Source: Camelus ferus (taxonomy: Eukaryota). From it: 64,000 nt of DNA. The notes beneath the pieces are model-generated. The model searched no databases. It saw nothing but the letters and a program-made list of their open reading frames with translations, and was not told the origin of the DNA. The stretch spans positions 102,426,001 through 102,490,000 of the forward strand of contig NC_045697.1 of the NCBI RefSeq assembly GCF_009834535.1, in the 5' to 3' direction. The position numbers and the translations under genes are program-made. Below are positions 49,561-62,010 of this stretch, in pieces. Each line of letters begins with the position of its first letter. Position 1 is the stretch's first letter.

Positions 49561-51234
49561 TTCTGAGGGATTAGGGCCTCTGTGAGCTGTACAATTATTC
49601 AGAAGTCTTCTATTCCTCCATCGTCACCCCAAAGCTGTAGGACTCTGTGGTCCTTTGAACACTTTCCCAATGAGGTCTCTGAGTGCCTCATCATGGGATG
49701 GAAGGATGACTGCTTTCAAGTGCTGAGTGAGGATTTCCAAAGCTCCTTTTCCCAGATCCTTAGCTATCCTCTGTCCGTATTAGAGCTGGGTCTTGATCAC
49801 ATCCTGAACCTCTTGCCTCAAGTTCTGGCATTGAAGGAGGCTGGCACTATTTCTCTTTCCTCTAGCTTGTAAAGAAAGTTTCAGGGAAAAAGAGATAGGG
49901 GCTATAAACAGTCACTGAGTGTATAAAAAGAATCAGACACGGTTCATTAGTAGAAGGGAAGACAAAAAGAACCAGATTGCAAAACAGTGTAAGAAGCATG
50001 ATCATGGTGGGAAAAATGACAACACAAAAGAGGAAAGCACCAAATCATGCTAAAACTTTTGTTTAAAAAGCCATTATCATTAGAAAGTAGCAAAGGGAAA
50101 GCAGTAGTTGTTGGCATTTTGTGGATAAAATATTCAAAAGTTCAAACGAGCAAAATTAAACATAATTAAATAAAATGGCTTCCTCAGAATGTGACTTCTG
50201 ACTGCAAGACTGAATTTTCTCCTTGCATATTACAGAAAACAAAGAAGACTTAGCCTTGGTAGACCACATGAGTGTTAGTATCCTTTCCAAATTTTAAATT
50301 GATAGATGATTTTTGGTCCATTTGACTAAGAAGTTCAAGGATCTTCATCCTTTGAATGAGTTAAGTGCAAATTAACCAGAAATACTCTTGCTTGGCAATA
50401 ATTTCGTTCATCAAGTGATTTAGTTTTGCCAGGGTGTTACTAATTTAAACAAGATGACCTACTTTGTGCATGACATTCTTGCATTACTAGAAGATTCCTG
50501 GCTAATAGCAGCATAATTTCCAAAGGATGGTCCAGAAGACACACACATAGTAGTGACATTATCATAGCGGGCCTCACAGCCATCTCTCACCAAGACCATC
50601 CTGGTACCTCCACCCCTTCATTCAGAAGATAGCCTCTGGCAGGGAAAAAAAAAGTGATGGAGTTGAGGGAGTATTTGGAATAAATTGTAAAAAAACTGAA
50701 CATCTATGTTTCTTGGAATCCCCACTTTTTCTTTGTAGTTTTACCAGAAGTCTTAATTTATTGTATTATCTTTGCTTTTATGTTGTCTTGGGTGAGACTC
50801 ATTTCCATCTTTCCCTTTGAGTCATGTGGAACGGCTACTAATTGGGAAGTATGACAACACAGTATTGAGTCATACAGCCAAGGAAGGAAAAAGCTGCAGC
50901 TGATTAACATTTCTCCAGATGCGACAGCAGAGTTAAATAAATGAGAAGTGCAGACCCTTTCTTCACAGCAATGGTGAGGTTCAACAGAGAAAATCAGTGC
51001 ACAGCTATGTACCGAGTGTTTATCATGTGTGCTCCATGGTAGGGGGTATAAAATATCTTCCTGTCTTCAAGAAATTGGCCAACCAGCTCCAAAGACAAGA
51101 CATTGACATAAAGAAAAAGAAAAAAAAAAAAAAAAAAAACCTTGGTTAGGTTCAGGTTCACCAATGTGTAGTAAGGAAAGAATTTATTGAAGGGATAATA
51201 GAGATTTAAGTTTGTATGATACATCAATAGACAA

Positions 51235-51420
51235 AGTTTTTGCTTATGTCATCTCATTTAATCCTGACAATCAATCTGAGAAAACTGGTCTTGTTAGCTG
51301 TCATTTACAGATGAGGGTCCAACAGCTCAGTAAGTTCAAATGTCATTTTCTCATAGTTGCAGTAATGAGGCAGCCCCCCTGCTAGTTTTGCTCTTACAAG
51401 GTATCACGCAGTGTTTAGAC
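51235..51420 (-). mobile_element. MIR
   Basis: ATCTCATTTAATCCTGACAATC..CATTTACAGATGAGG..GCTCAG. Confidence 0.7.
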
Positions 51421-54400
51421 AGAGTCAAGATACTGGGAATTAGATACTCACACTGAAGGCCTGATGAGGCCATGGGCGGGCATGGTCTCCCTTGATGCGT
51501 GTGGGCATTGCCAGAGTTAAGTAACTGAGAAAGCAGCAGGTCCCCAGACAATAACCCAGAGCTCTGGCTTTTGGCACACAGGAATAGGAATTTTTATCCT
51601 TTGGGTCTCACTGTCTTGATCTTATCCTTCAAGGAAGACAGAGACTCCTGATAACCGGTGTAGAGTGTGCCCATCACAGAGTGGCTGGTCAGGAGCTCGA
51701 ATAGGGCAGAGCCAATCAGACCGAGAGAGTGAACATTTCATACGCCTTACCATCTCACTTCATGTTCTTCTCTGAGTTTGTTTGTTTTCCCCCTTTTTTT
51801 TAACTTTTACCCTTCCCCAACCCCAATCTTCAACATCTCATCCAAATTTGGTGTTCCTCTTTCAGTGGAATTACAGAGAACAGAGGAGTCATGTGTTCAC
51901 ATCTATGCCCGAGTCATTCATAGTGGTAAAAGTGTTGGCATCAAGTGAAGGTAAGTCTTAGCCAGTTTGATCTACCATTTTCAAAGTGAAAATCTCTTTC
52001 CATTAACAACTGTGGAGTGGTTGAGGCGATTTTATTATTGGGGAAGGCAGTGATTTTCTCACGGTCAGATAGGTTAGCAAGTAACAACGTAGGACTATCA
52101 ATCCTCAGTCTTCTGCTCTTTAAAGTCATTGCTCTTTGCACTGTCACACCCAACTGAAGACAGAAGAGGGCCAACGTGGAACACTGCTTTTCATGAGGCA
52201 GGGACATAACTAATCAGTTAACAATCCTCAGGAAAATCAGTAGAGAATTCTTGACCCATAGAATAAAATCTATGTGGAAGTAATAAGAGAAGTAAGAAAA
52301 GAATTAGAACATCATGACCCTTCAGACACCCATGAAAGCAAATTTCAAGATGGCGCTAGCCAGAAGTGTTGAACGCTGAATAAACTCATGGCTCTTATTT
52401 CCAAAGTGCTCTTAGGTCTCTTTTGTGTCTCTCAGTCCTATCTCCTCCACAAGACGATGACCTTGGAGTTGAAAACTCCCCATTACCCAACCACCACATC
52501 CATTGGTCACTTAGCACATAGTGTGATTATAGGGACCTTCTATAATTCACCTGCACACATCAAGTCTTTACTTTATAGCCACAGCTATATGAAACTCATA
52601 GTTTTAACTAAGACATCCAATGCAGTTCCCTGTGCCCTCAGTCTATTCAAGAAGTCTTACAACTTCTGTGCTTGAAATGATGAATCTTTAAAGGAGAAAA
52701 GAAGAGAAATGTTCGCCTCCATCAGTACAACACTGGAAACTAAATTTTAAATGTGTCAGTGTTGTAACTGCTGAGCTGCTCTTTTAACAGATGTGACAGG
52801 AACAGATATTTTTGCACAGTTTGAAGCCAATGATGAATACGAAATTTTGGAGTGATTATGCGAGATGTCACCTCACATTTGGAGAAATGTGTGAGGTTGA
52901 ACCTACCTTAAATACACTAATAAAAATCAGAAGAGTTCACTCAAAGACATTTGTTTCCTATAGCTGGGCTGCAAGAAGCTCTGCTTTGCTTCTCCTGATG
53001 AAGACTACCTGAAAAATAAAATATAAAGCAAACCAAAAAATAGAGGAAAATGACCTATTCTGAAAGAAGGGTTTACGCTATACAGTTACAAGATGATTTT
53101 TTTCTTGTGGCTCATAAACTGGTTCTGAGGGTAATTCCAAAAAAGTGAAGGAAGTGTCAGTAGAGGAAGTGCCTAGTTTTCCAAGGTGATTATTTGCCAG
53201 CTTGTTTTTACTGGTTTTGAGGTGACTGTTTAGAAAATTCATTTTGCTATTTAAAAGTTATACATACCCATCATTCAGATAAAATATACTCCAATCTTCT
53301 TGGCTTCAAAGCAATACAGTTTTTAAAAATATACCCAAGAAGTTACCCATTTTTATCTTGGGGTGTTAAGATACAGTGAGATTATCATGATTTTTGTTTC
53401 TGTTGTGTCTTTTTCTATTGTCCACATTTTTTTTTTTACATTGAGAATGTCTTTCTTTCATAATCAGAAAAAAAATTAAGAATTGTTTCCGAGACAAGCT
53501 TATTCACGTTGTATACTGGGGGTGCAAAGTAGTACTATGATTCTTTCTGAGAAAAACCAAAATTTCCTTTCAGAGGAAAAAAAATAAGGTTTCTATAAAA
53601 ATTATAAAACCAGACTCTGGTTGGCACCCTATTCAGAGAATTTTCTTTGAATGACCTTTATGATTCAAAACATTAATTCAGCATATTTCAATTTTCTCTG
53701 CTCTGGGTGGTACATTAATTTCCTCTCATTGACTTCCAAGGCGTCCTGTGCGTGGACAAGCTATCTAGGGGATGGAATTAAACTTGACCCAGCAGGCACT
53801 CAGCATATTGTGTCATGGTTCTCTTCACTGTTTGCATAACCCAGAATTCTTTTTGGCCAAGAAAGCACTTGTTTATTAAATTTCCCTTAAAATGCCCGTG
53901 GGTTTAAATTGAGGAGGACCTCATTTAGAGAAAAAGCATGCAGCGGGCTCTCATAACACAAAGCATTTGAGAAAATAGTCAGAAAGGTTTTATCCATCCA
54001 CTTACTTCTCTCATTCAGAGCAATGTTACTTCCAGCTTGGAACATGAGCAAGTCTTTTCTTTGTTTTGTTTTTTTTTTTAAGGTTCTCTTCCAATGGGTA
54101 TCCACTAAAAATTATTCTACATGCTTGTAATGTGATGATAAACCCAACTTTTTCACTGCCTTGAAGACTTCCCTCTTTATTCCTCTTGAAATTGGCTCTG
54201 CTGGTTCAGATAACAATACAAAACCTGATTTAATAGTCATATATTGATGAATGAAAGTTAAAAGTTAGATTCTTCTGGGTTTCATAATTTTCTCCCAGCT
54301 CCAGAAGGAACTATTATTAGGGAATCAGTGAGCATTATTTCTCTAAATATATGAGTCAGTATTTTGCCCTCCAGTGTAGGATGTGTTATCAGTAGGACAC

Positions 54401-54884
54401 AAGACATGAAAACCTGATTTGGCCAGTGGATACTAATTTAGGAGCAAAGCAAAAGTAAAACATGTATTTTCCCATGTGGTTCTTAACTAGACAGCAGATG
54501 CTGAGCTTTACTTGATTGTGTGTTTTTAGGGTAGCTCACCTCCATTTTATCTTCATCCTGCATGTGGACATTGACCTCCGGATACACAGCCAGCGTGGGA
54601 TGGCGTCAGTTAAGAAAGTATTAGCAGCCTGGACATCGTTCATTATGTGCAAATTTCAAGCTTATCTCTCTTCACTAGATTTCTATTCATAGATGGTTAT
54701 CTAGATGTCAAGATCTGTATGCAAATGAATGAAGGAAATATATCCACTGTGGTACCATTTTCTTAAGAAAGCCTTCATAAAAGTTAAGATAGAATTCCAA
54801 GGAATCATTCCTTTGGCTTGGTTGGAGTGCTCAAGGTTCTGATGTTTTGTTTTTGTTTTCTTAATTCATAGCATTACTGATTTT

Positions 54885-55063
54885 TTTTTTGGTGGGGGAG
54901 GGAGGTAATTTGGTTTATTTATTGTTATTATTATTACTATTACTATTATTATTATTATTACTACTACTACTACTACTATTGTTTTTAATGGAGGTACTGG
55001 GGATTGAACCCAGGACCTCATGCATGTTAAGCACTACACTATACTGAGCTATACCCTCCCCCA
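54885..55063 (-). mobile_element. tRNA-Ala-derived camelid SINE (vic-1 type) with internal (TTA)n(CTA)n
   Basis: GGAGGTACTGGGGATTGAACCCAGGACCTCATGCATG..CTGAGCTATACCCTCCCC; degenerate TSD CATTACTGATTTT / CATCATTGATTTT. Confidence 0.88.
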
Positions 55064-55821
55064 CATCATTGATTTTAGAAAAAATTCCTAGTCACTAAGA
55101 GAAAAGGGGCCAAAAGATTTACTCAAGCCACCTGCTGGGAACCTTGTGCTCCTCCTCTGCAGGAGTTACACTCACAATGACAGTAGCTGCCTGGTGGTAG
55201 AAGTCTATGAGAAGGGCCCTGTCTTGTCCTCCAGGCCAACACAGAAATAGAACATGCCCCCACTTGGCCCTGAAGAAGCTGTCCAGTTACTAAGTTCAGA
55301 CCTGTTTCAGAAGGGAAAGCAGGTTAATATTCTAGGAGTTTGTAACCTACTTCCCACACCCTCGTCTCCCTCTCTGCCTTACAGGGCGTCCTGCCCTTGG
55401 AGTCGTAGGGATCCTGCCAGGCACGTGATGCCACACACTTGAACACGGGAGCCCACTGAACAGCAAGGCTTCAGGGAACAGGAAACTGCTGCAGCTTCAC
55501 AACAGACACGAAAAACTGTATCTTTATGTTCACTCTTCTCTGTATCTTCATTAGGGGATCTAAAATATGACTCTCCTTCAGTTCATATACTTAAAAGGTT
55601 TATCATTACTATATCACTGCTTTGTCGGTATAAGAAGAAGGAAGAAATCTACATGGATTCATGTCTCTTCATTCCTCAAATAAGAATAATCAAAAAAAAA
55701 GAATAAGAAAAGTTCCCAAAGCATTCTTAAATATTGAAGAAATTTATAACAGAATGAGCAGTACAATAATCACTTTATTGAGACTGTCTACAGTGTTAAG
55801 ACTTTGCTTTTAATTTTGGTA

Positions 55822-55925
55822 AGCCTAGATTCCTGATTCATAGAAACTATGAGATAATAAATGCACTTTGTTTTAAGCTGCTAAGTTTGTAATTATATTG
55901 TTACAAAGCATATGCAATTAATAGA
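55822..55925 (+). mobile_element. MLT1 LTR 3' fragment
   Basis: GATTCCTGATTCATAGAAACTATGAGATAATAAATG..TTGTTTTAAGCTGCTAAGTTTG..TTGTTACA. Confidence 0.75.
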
Positions 55926-56299
55926 GAGGATGTGTTCAAAGAGAGGAAGGTCAAACCGGAGGTGAGGACAAGCACAGGGAGTTATTGCAGGAGGAGGTGA
56001 AGGAGGTGGCAGGAAGGAAGGGGTCAGTGGACATGAGAACAATTTGAAGAGACAGGTTGTGTGGTCTGTTCACAAGGACCAACAAGTTACCTCTGCACCA
56101 AACTTCAGACTAAAGAAACAGCAGATGCCGAGAACACTTAGTAGTGCACAAACAGAAAAGATCTGGTTTCAGCCTGTCAATGAGAAGATGAGCACAGTAC
56201 TGAGACATCTGTGTTTAGGATAAACAACCATCACAGCCCAGCTCTTCTGGAAGCACCACAGTGAACTGATGGAGCTTGGTCTTTGGATGCGTCTGGCTT

Positions 56300-56482
56300 T
56301 GTACCAGAGCCGTGTGATGGACTAGCTAAGCGGCCATGGGAAATTTTCTTCACCTCACTGAGTTTTTGTTTCTTGTACGTAAAATGTATTTGTTTCATCG
56401 TAGGGTTGCTACAATGATGATGTGGGATGACAGATGCAAAACACTTATTGCTGCACATGGCATAAAGTAAGGGCTCAAATAC
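56300..56482 (+). mobile_element. MIR
   Basis: CTTCACCTCACTGAG..GTAAAATG..TAGGGTTGCT..CACATGGCATAAAGTAAGGGCTCAAATA. Confidence 0.65.
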
Positions 56483-58399
56483 AGCGCTTTCTTGTGCACA
56501 GAAGAAACTTCCGTCCCACAAAAATAATTGATCAAATGGATTCAAAGACTAGAGGGAAACGTCACACAGGCAATCAAAGTGAGAAAGTTCTTAGAAGAAT
56601 CTGTACAAAATATAAAAATAGCCATTCATCTATCTGAACAGAAGAGTTCAAAAGGAATGGAGAAATAGACTCTGTTCCAGCAGAGATGAAGAAAGAGGAA
56701 AATTCTAGTTTCAGAAGAAATGAGATAAGGCTGAATTACAAACTCAGAGGATGTAACACTGAATTTTAGAAATATGATCTCATTTACCCGCCCGGAGAGA
56801 TACTAAATCAATATTCCTATTTCACAAGATCAATACATGTCTGAAAGTTTCTTTCCCTAGCTGTGAGTGAAGACTTTCCTTTAGGACTACCATCATGTGT
56901 AGTGTTGGCCTTTGGGTTGGTCTCACAAGCAGAGCCCCTCACATTTTCAGGAAGAAAATAACACTATTTTTTCTTAGGTGCTTATTAATCATGTTAAGCC
57001 GTTCTTTAAAAGCAATAAACAATGCACGTGTGGTGATTAGAACAGGATTCTTTTTCAAGGGAAAATAAAGTCTGGCTCAATATGCTTTGGATTCAGGCTC
57101 CCAAAAATAAACCCACAATTCTCCATTCCCTCTACCAAAAAGGAAAAAAAAACCCATCTGTTTTAAAGGATATGGAATCCTGACATTTGGGTTAATTTAT
57201 ACTCATAATTATCCAAATATATTTCAAGATCTAGTTGACATTTGAGAGTGTATTTTTCAGATATTTTAAATAGAAAAACCATATTTTATTTAAAGCAAAC
57301 AAACCAAAACAGCAAAAGATCGAGTCTTGTGGAACCTATGGTCTTATGAAATACAAATAGATTTTAAAGTCAGAAACCTTTCTCTTCTATCCAACATTTA
57401 TTCTAAATTTATACATGTAAAAGTATCTGTAATGTCTATAAATGCCCAGGTGTTTACAACTATTAATAAATGAAAATGTTTGCAGAATTTCATGCCCTTG
57501 GGTAAGACATAAAATTTAGATGTATTTCTAATAAAGAACTGAAGAATTTCTTTACAAGTAAACCACCCATTTTGAAAATAATAATACATGGAATTCATGG
57601 ACTTTTGAAAAAGCCAGAATTTGTGGTCTCAAGCCACACCACACAAACAATTTTTTAACTATATCACATTCCATCAAATCAGATATATTGTTGCTTTAGA
57701 TGTAATGATTTCTTTGGTCCTAAAATTTAAATGCTAAGGTTTTGTTTTAATCTGTCAGAATATGCTTTCACAAATATCTGTCCCTTTCCAGACCAAATAA
57801 TCCTAAGACTACTGCACGTTCACACTTTGAACCACACGATAAAGGTTTCAGGAATGTAACATTTTCTCCAGGACAATTATTTATAAGATAAATAACGTTA
57901 AATGTTTATTTGAAAAACTTTAAATCATCAGATATTGTGATTTTATCTAACTAGACTCATATTGTACTTATTTCTCACATTTTCAAAGAAATATTTGCAG
58001 ACTGTCAAACTGCCAAAATTGTACATAGCTTAGTATCTTTGAAGATTAATTCTGCATCTTAATTGAGGTAGCCTATTTTGAACAAATGTCTTCGTATTTT
58101 TACATTACTCTTGAATTAAGCACATTCAGAAATAGAGCATATTTTCATTCACTCATTGGTAAACATTCATTTGCATATGTTACTTTGGTGGCTTAGTTGC
58201 CAAACATTTAGCTAAATGATAAATAGGTACTCACTGAGGAATTAAACTTTCTTACAGGGTGGTCCTGATATGAAGCAAAGCCAGAAAATTAATGCTTAGT
58301 TTCCAAAACACCTAATGAACACAAAAGTAATTAATCCTATAGCTGTGCAGGCTTTCAATTCTCTGAATTTATAATGTCTTCCATATTTTATTAACTGTT

Positions 58400-58660
58400 T
58401 ACATAGTTAAGGTATTATACTTTCTCACATCATTTATGGAGGGTTGAGATACAAATGAGTTAATTTACTTGATGAAATCATTAATTGCTGAACCATCTCC
58501 GTTGTGATCGTTCTGTTTATGAGGTAATTTCATGATGTAGACTGTTTTCCATTATTTTATAATTAAGGATCATTTCTGCACACCCTCTGGTCCCATTAGC
58601 TCACCCTTCCAATTCCATCGATGGAAAATGTATTAGCAAATTACAACACTGCAGTTGATT
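58400..58660. repeat. MER121 ancient conserved repeat (probable cis-regulatory element)
   Basis: Reverse complement reads CAGAAATGATCCTTAATTATAAAATAATGGAAAACAGTCTACATCATGAAATTACCTCATAAACAGAACGATC...AGCAATTAATGATTTCATCAAGTAAATTA, matching the MER121 core as I recall it. Confidence 0.7.
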
Positions 58661-59577
58661 CAGGTATTATAAGAAACTGACATATACTAAAGAAAAAAAC
58701 CTAGCATGGACTATAAAAATAACAGTTTAAGTCACTACCATTCAATAAGGCTATTTTTTTAAATAAATTTGAATTGACAAGACTCAATTTCATGAGACAC
58801 AACTCCCAGCCATCATGAGACATCTCCATCAGTGACTCCTGCTGCAGACACCCAAGGGATCTCCATCCCAGTTCAGTCCCTCTCACTGACACCAACTCCA
58901 ATCATTGTGCAGAGAGCAAACAGATGTCAGGGATGTTCAACGGTGCATCAACAGAGTCTTGGAGACTCAAGGACACATATGAGATGCAGAGCTGGCTGCA
59001 CAAAAGGGGCTGGTGATAGTGGCAGGCCATAACCCCAGCAAATGTGGCTGGCACAGTGATTGATGCAGACAGAAGCCCTCTGATTCAGACATGATTCCGT
59101 CATTTCATTTATGACTCAGACACGATTAAGGACCAATTGCAGACATTTAGTAAAGGCCAAATGTCCATAAGGAAACTCATGTAAATGCCACGTGCTAATT
59201 GACACTGCTGCATTTAGGGAATAAAATTTTACTCAGTTGAGCTGCATAAGTAAATATAAAGTGTAAAGTAGAAGCAATAAGGTATAATTAAGACATAGTC
59301 TTTAAAAGTTGTTTTATAATTAATTATATCTAGCAAAATAATTATAACGAATTATAAACAAATTAAATATAAATGGAATAGAATTCAAATTAGTTCTTAA
59401 ATTACAGCTTGACTTCATATAAGTTAACGAATTAAACAATAGTTATTTACATCTGCCTAATAACTTTAAGAGAAAATTCCATGGGAAGGCAGCTTGAAAT
59501 GGCAACACAACCTGGGCAAACAATATACTTTTGGGGAGCAAATTTATAATCAATATATTTTAAAATATAGCTTTGCT

Positions 59578-59760
59578 CACCACACACCATCCCCCCCACC
59601 AAAAAAAAAGGTCAAAAAAGTTAACTGTGAGGTGATGAATGTGTTAATTAACTTGATTGTTGTTATCATTTCACACTGTACACATATATCAAACTACTAC
59701 ATTGTACACCTTACTACATATAGAATTTTTGTTAATTTTACCTCAATAAAGCTGGAAAAG
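59578..59760 (+). mobile_element. L1MA-type 3' end with TSD
   Basis: TAACTGTGAGGTGATGAATGTGTTAATTAACTTGATTG..TACCTCAATAAAGCTGGAAA; TSD AATATAGCTTTGCT / AATATAACTTTGCT (59564-59577, 59761-59774). Confidence 0.88.
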
Positions 59761-59924
59761 AATATAACTTTGCTTTCTTCCAAAAATCTTTGCCCCCTTG
59801 TCCTGTATCTCTTCCTTGGATTTCCTGCCCTAGAGTCAACACTCTTGGGCATGACCTTGAAATGCTACATTGCCACTGTTGACATGGTCAAAGACTTGGA
59901 GTTTTTTTCTTTTATTTATAAATA

Positions 59925-60020
59925 TTTTCCCCAGTTTTATTGAGATAAAATTGACATACAGCACCATATAAGTTTAAGGTACATGGCATAATAATCTGAT
60001 TTACATATATTGTGAAATGT
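59925..60020 (-). mobile_element. L1MA-type 3' stub
   Basis: CAGTTTTATTGAGATAAAATTGACATACAGCACCATATAAGTTTAAGGTAC..GATTTACATATATTGTGAAATG. Confidence 0.8.
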
Positions 60021-60214
60021 TAAGATGCTCTCATTCTTTAAGGGCTTATGTGTTATTGCTACAAAAATAATTTCTGCCATCTGCCTGTGTATCAGCAGGG
60101 TATTAGCTCATCCTTCATTTCCCAGAAGTGTTAAACCAGCATTTTGTAACTTTTCTACCTCGAGAAGATTCTATTTTAGAAAGTTTCAAGTATTTATCAA
60201 TCAAAAGCAAATAA

Positions 60215-60445
60215 CGACCAGGTAAGCAGGGACCAGATGATAAAGGCTCTTGTGTATCTCTGCTACAGAATTTGGATTATATTAAATTCACTAAGAGTCC
60301 ACTGAAGAATTTTATGCAGGGAAATCATATGAAATGATTTGTGGTGTACAAAAATCCATTCAGTGGCAGTGCGCATAATGTGGTCGAGTTGGGGGAAAAA
60401 TTACAGGCATGGCAACCTGAAGAAATTGTTGCAGTAAAGCTGGTA
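60215..60445 (-). mobile_element. L2 fragment (continues at 61520)
   Basis: GCAGGGACCAGATGATAAAGG..GAATTTGGATT..CCACTGAAGAATTTTATGCAGGG. Confidence 0.6.
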
Positions 60446-60454
60446 AGAAATACA

Positions 60455-61512
60455 GGCCCCTAATAAATATCAGCCTTAGGCAATGATCATCAACCACTTG
60501 GTGAGAAGGGGGCAGGGGGTGGGAAGGGATAGACTTGGATTTCAAAATGTAGAATAGATAAACAAGATTATACTGTATAGCAAAGGGAAATATATACAAG
60601 ATCCTGGGGTAGCTCACAGCGACAAAATGTGACAATGAATATTTGTACGTTCATGTATAACTGAAAAATTGTGCTCTACACTGGAATTTGATACAACATT
60701 GTAAAATGACTATAACTCAATAAAAAAAAGTTTAAAAAAAAACCACTTGGTGAGAGGTTACAGGTTTTTTTTTTCTAATGGATGGATCAGTACAATAACA
60801 CACTAAGCCACTGAAAAATCTTACCATTACAAAAATTGAAATAATTGTACATTTTATGTCCCCTGATACAATGAAATGGAATCCACCTACGGATCATTCT
60901 TACAGAAATTCTAATGAAACTTCTAGATTTAACTATGAGTTTGCAGAAAATAACAGAAATAGAGAAACATCTCTAATGACACCAGGAGGGTGCAGTCAGA
61001 AAAATTCACAATGAGGGAGATTCTACAGGACCAACGACCTGACTTCTTCAACAAACAAGAGAAGGAAAAACAAAAAGGGAGGAGGAACCCCTACACTAAA
61101 GGAGACTCAGTTAAATCATATCAACCAAATAAAGTGTGTGGTTCCTGCTTCTTTTCAGATTTGAATCAATCTACTGTAAAAACAACAACAACAACAACAA
61201 CAAAAATATGAGACAACCAAGGAAAATACACACTTACTGGATATATGAATATATTTTAAAGGAATTGTTATTTTATGATGATAAAGATTTTGTGCCTACA
61301 TATTTAAATATCTTTTCCTTCTAGAAATACACATTGAAGTTTTTTACTGATGAAATGATATAACATCTGGAACGTGTTTTAAAATAATGGAGTGGCAAAA
61401 TAAGGAGGGGTAGACATGATAAAAACAAAATTAGCCAAATGTTGATAATTGTTGACACTGGGTGCAGGCACATTTTACTATGTTTAAGTTTTTCTATAAT
61501 AAAAATTAAAAA
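60455..61512 (+). mobile_element. Old L1 (L1MC/ME-type) 3'UTR, interrupted by a young L1
   Basis: TAGGCAATGATCATCAA..TAATGGATGGATCAG..TTCTACAGGAC..TTCTTCAACAAA..TGATGAAATGATATAACATCTGG..AATGTTGATAATTGTTGA. Confidence 0.75.
60507..60740 (+). mobile_element. Young lineage-specific LINE-1 3' end with perfect TSD
   Basis: L1 3'UTR ending GACTATAACTCAATAAAAAAAAGTTTAAAAAAA; perfect 15-bp TSD AACCACTTGGTGAGA (60492-60506, 60741-60755). Confidence 0.93.
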
Positions 61513-61519
61513 TAATAGA

Positions 61520-62010
61520 AATAAAAGAAGCAGTAGTTGAGAGAATGGAAAGAAGTGAATACATGTGAGCAATATTTAGGAGACAGCACAGGCAAGACAT
61601 TATGGCCAATTATATCTGAAATGGGAGTAGAGGTGGCTTCTAAACTTCTATCTTGGTGGTTAGAGGTCCAGAAGCTCTATTCATCAAGACAGGAGGTACA
61701 GGTGGTGGAGGAGCAGATCTGGGAGTGAAGGTGGCAAGTTGGGTTTAGGGTGTGCTGAGTTTGAAACAGCCAGTGGATCTACAGGTACAAATGTCCTATA
61801 GGTATTAAGGCAAGAAGAAGGTCAAGGATCCGAATCTGGGGTATAAAAATACGTAACGAGATGTAGAGAGGAAGTGAAGCCCGAGGAGCAATATCCAGAT
61901 AAGTAAGAGAAAAATCAGTTGAGACTGGAGTTACTGAAACAAGGAAAGACATAGTTTCAGAGAAAGGAATTGGTCAACAGTGTGAATTAAAGAACTAAAT
62001 GTAACTTGCA
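61520..62010 (-). mobile_element. L2 fragment
   Basis: GGAGGAGCAGATCTGGGAG..GCTGAGTTTGAAACAGCCAGTGGA..GTTTCAGAGAAAGGAATTGGTCAACAGTGT. Confidence 0.65.
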
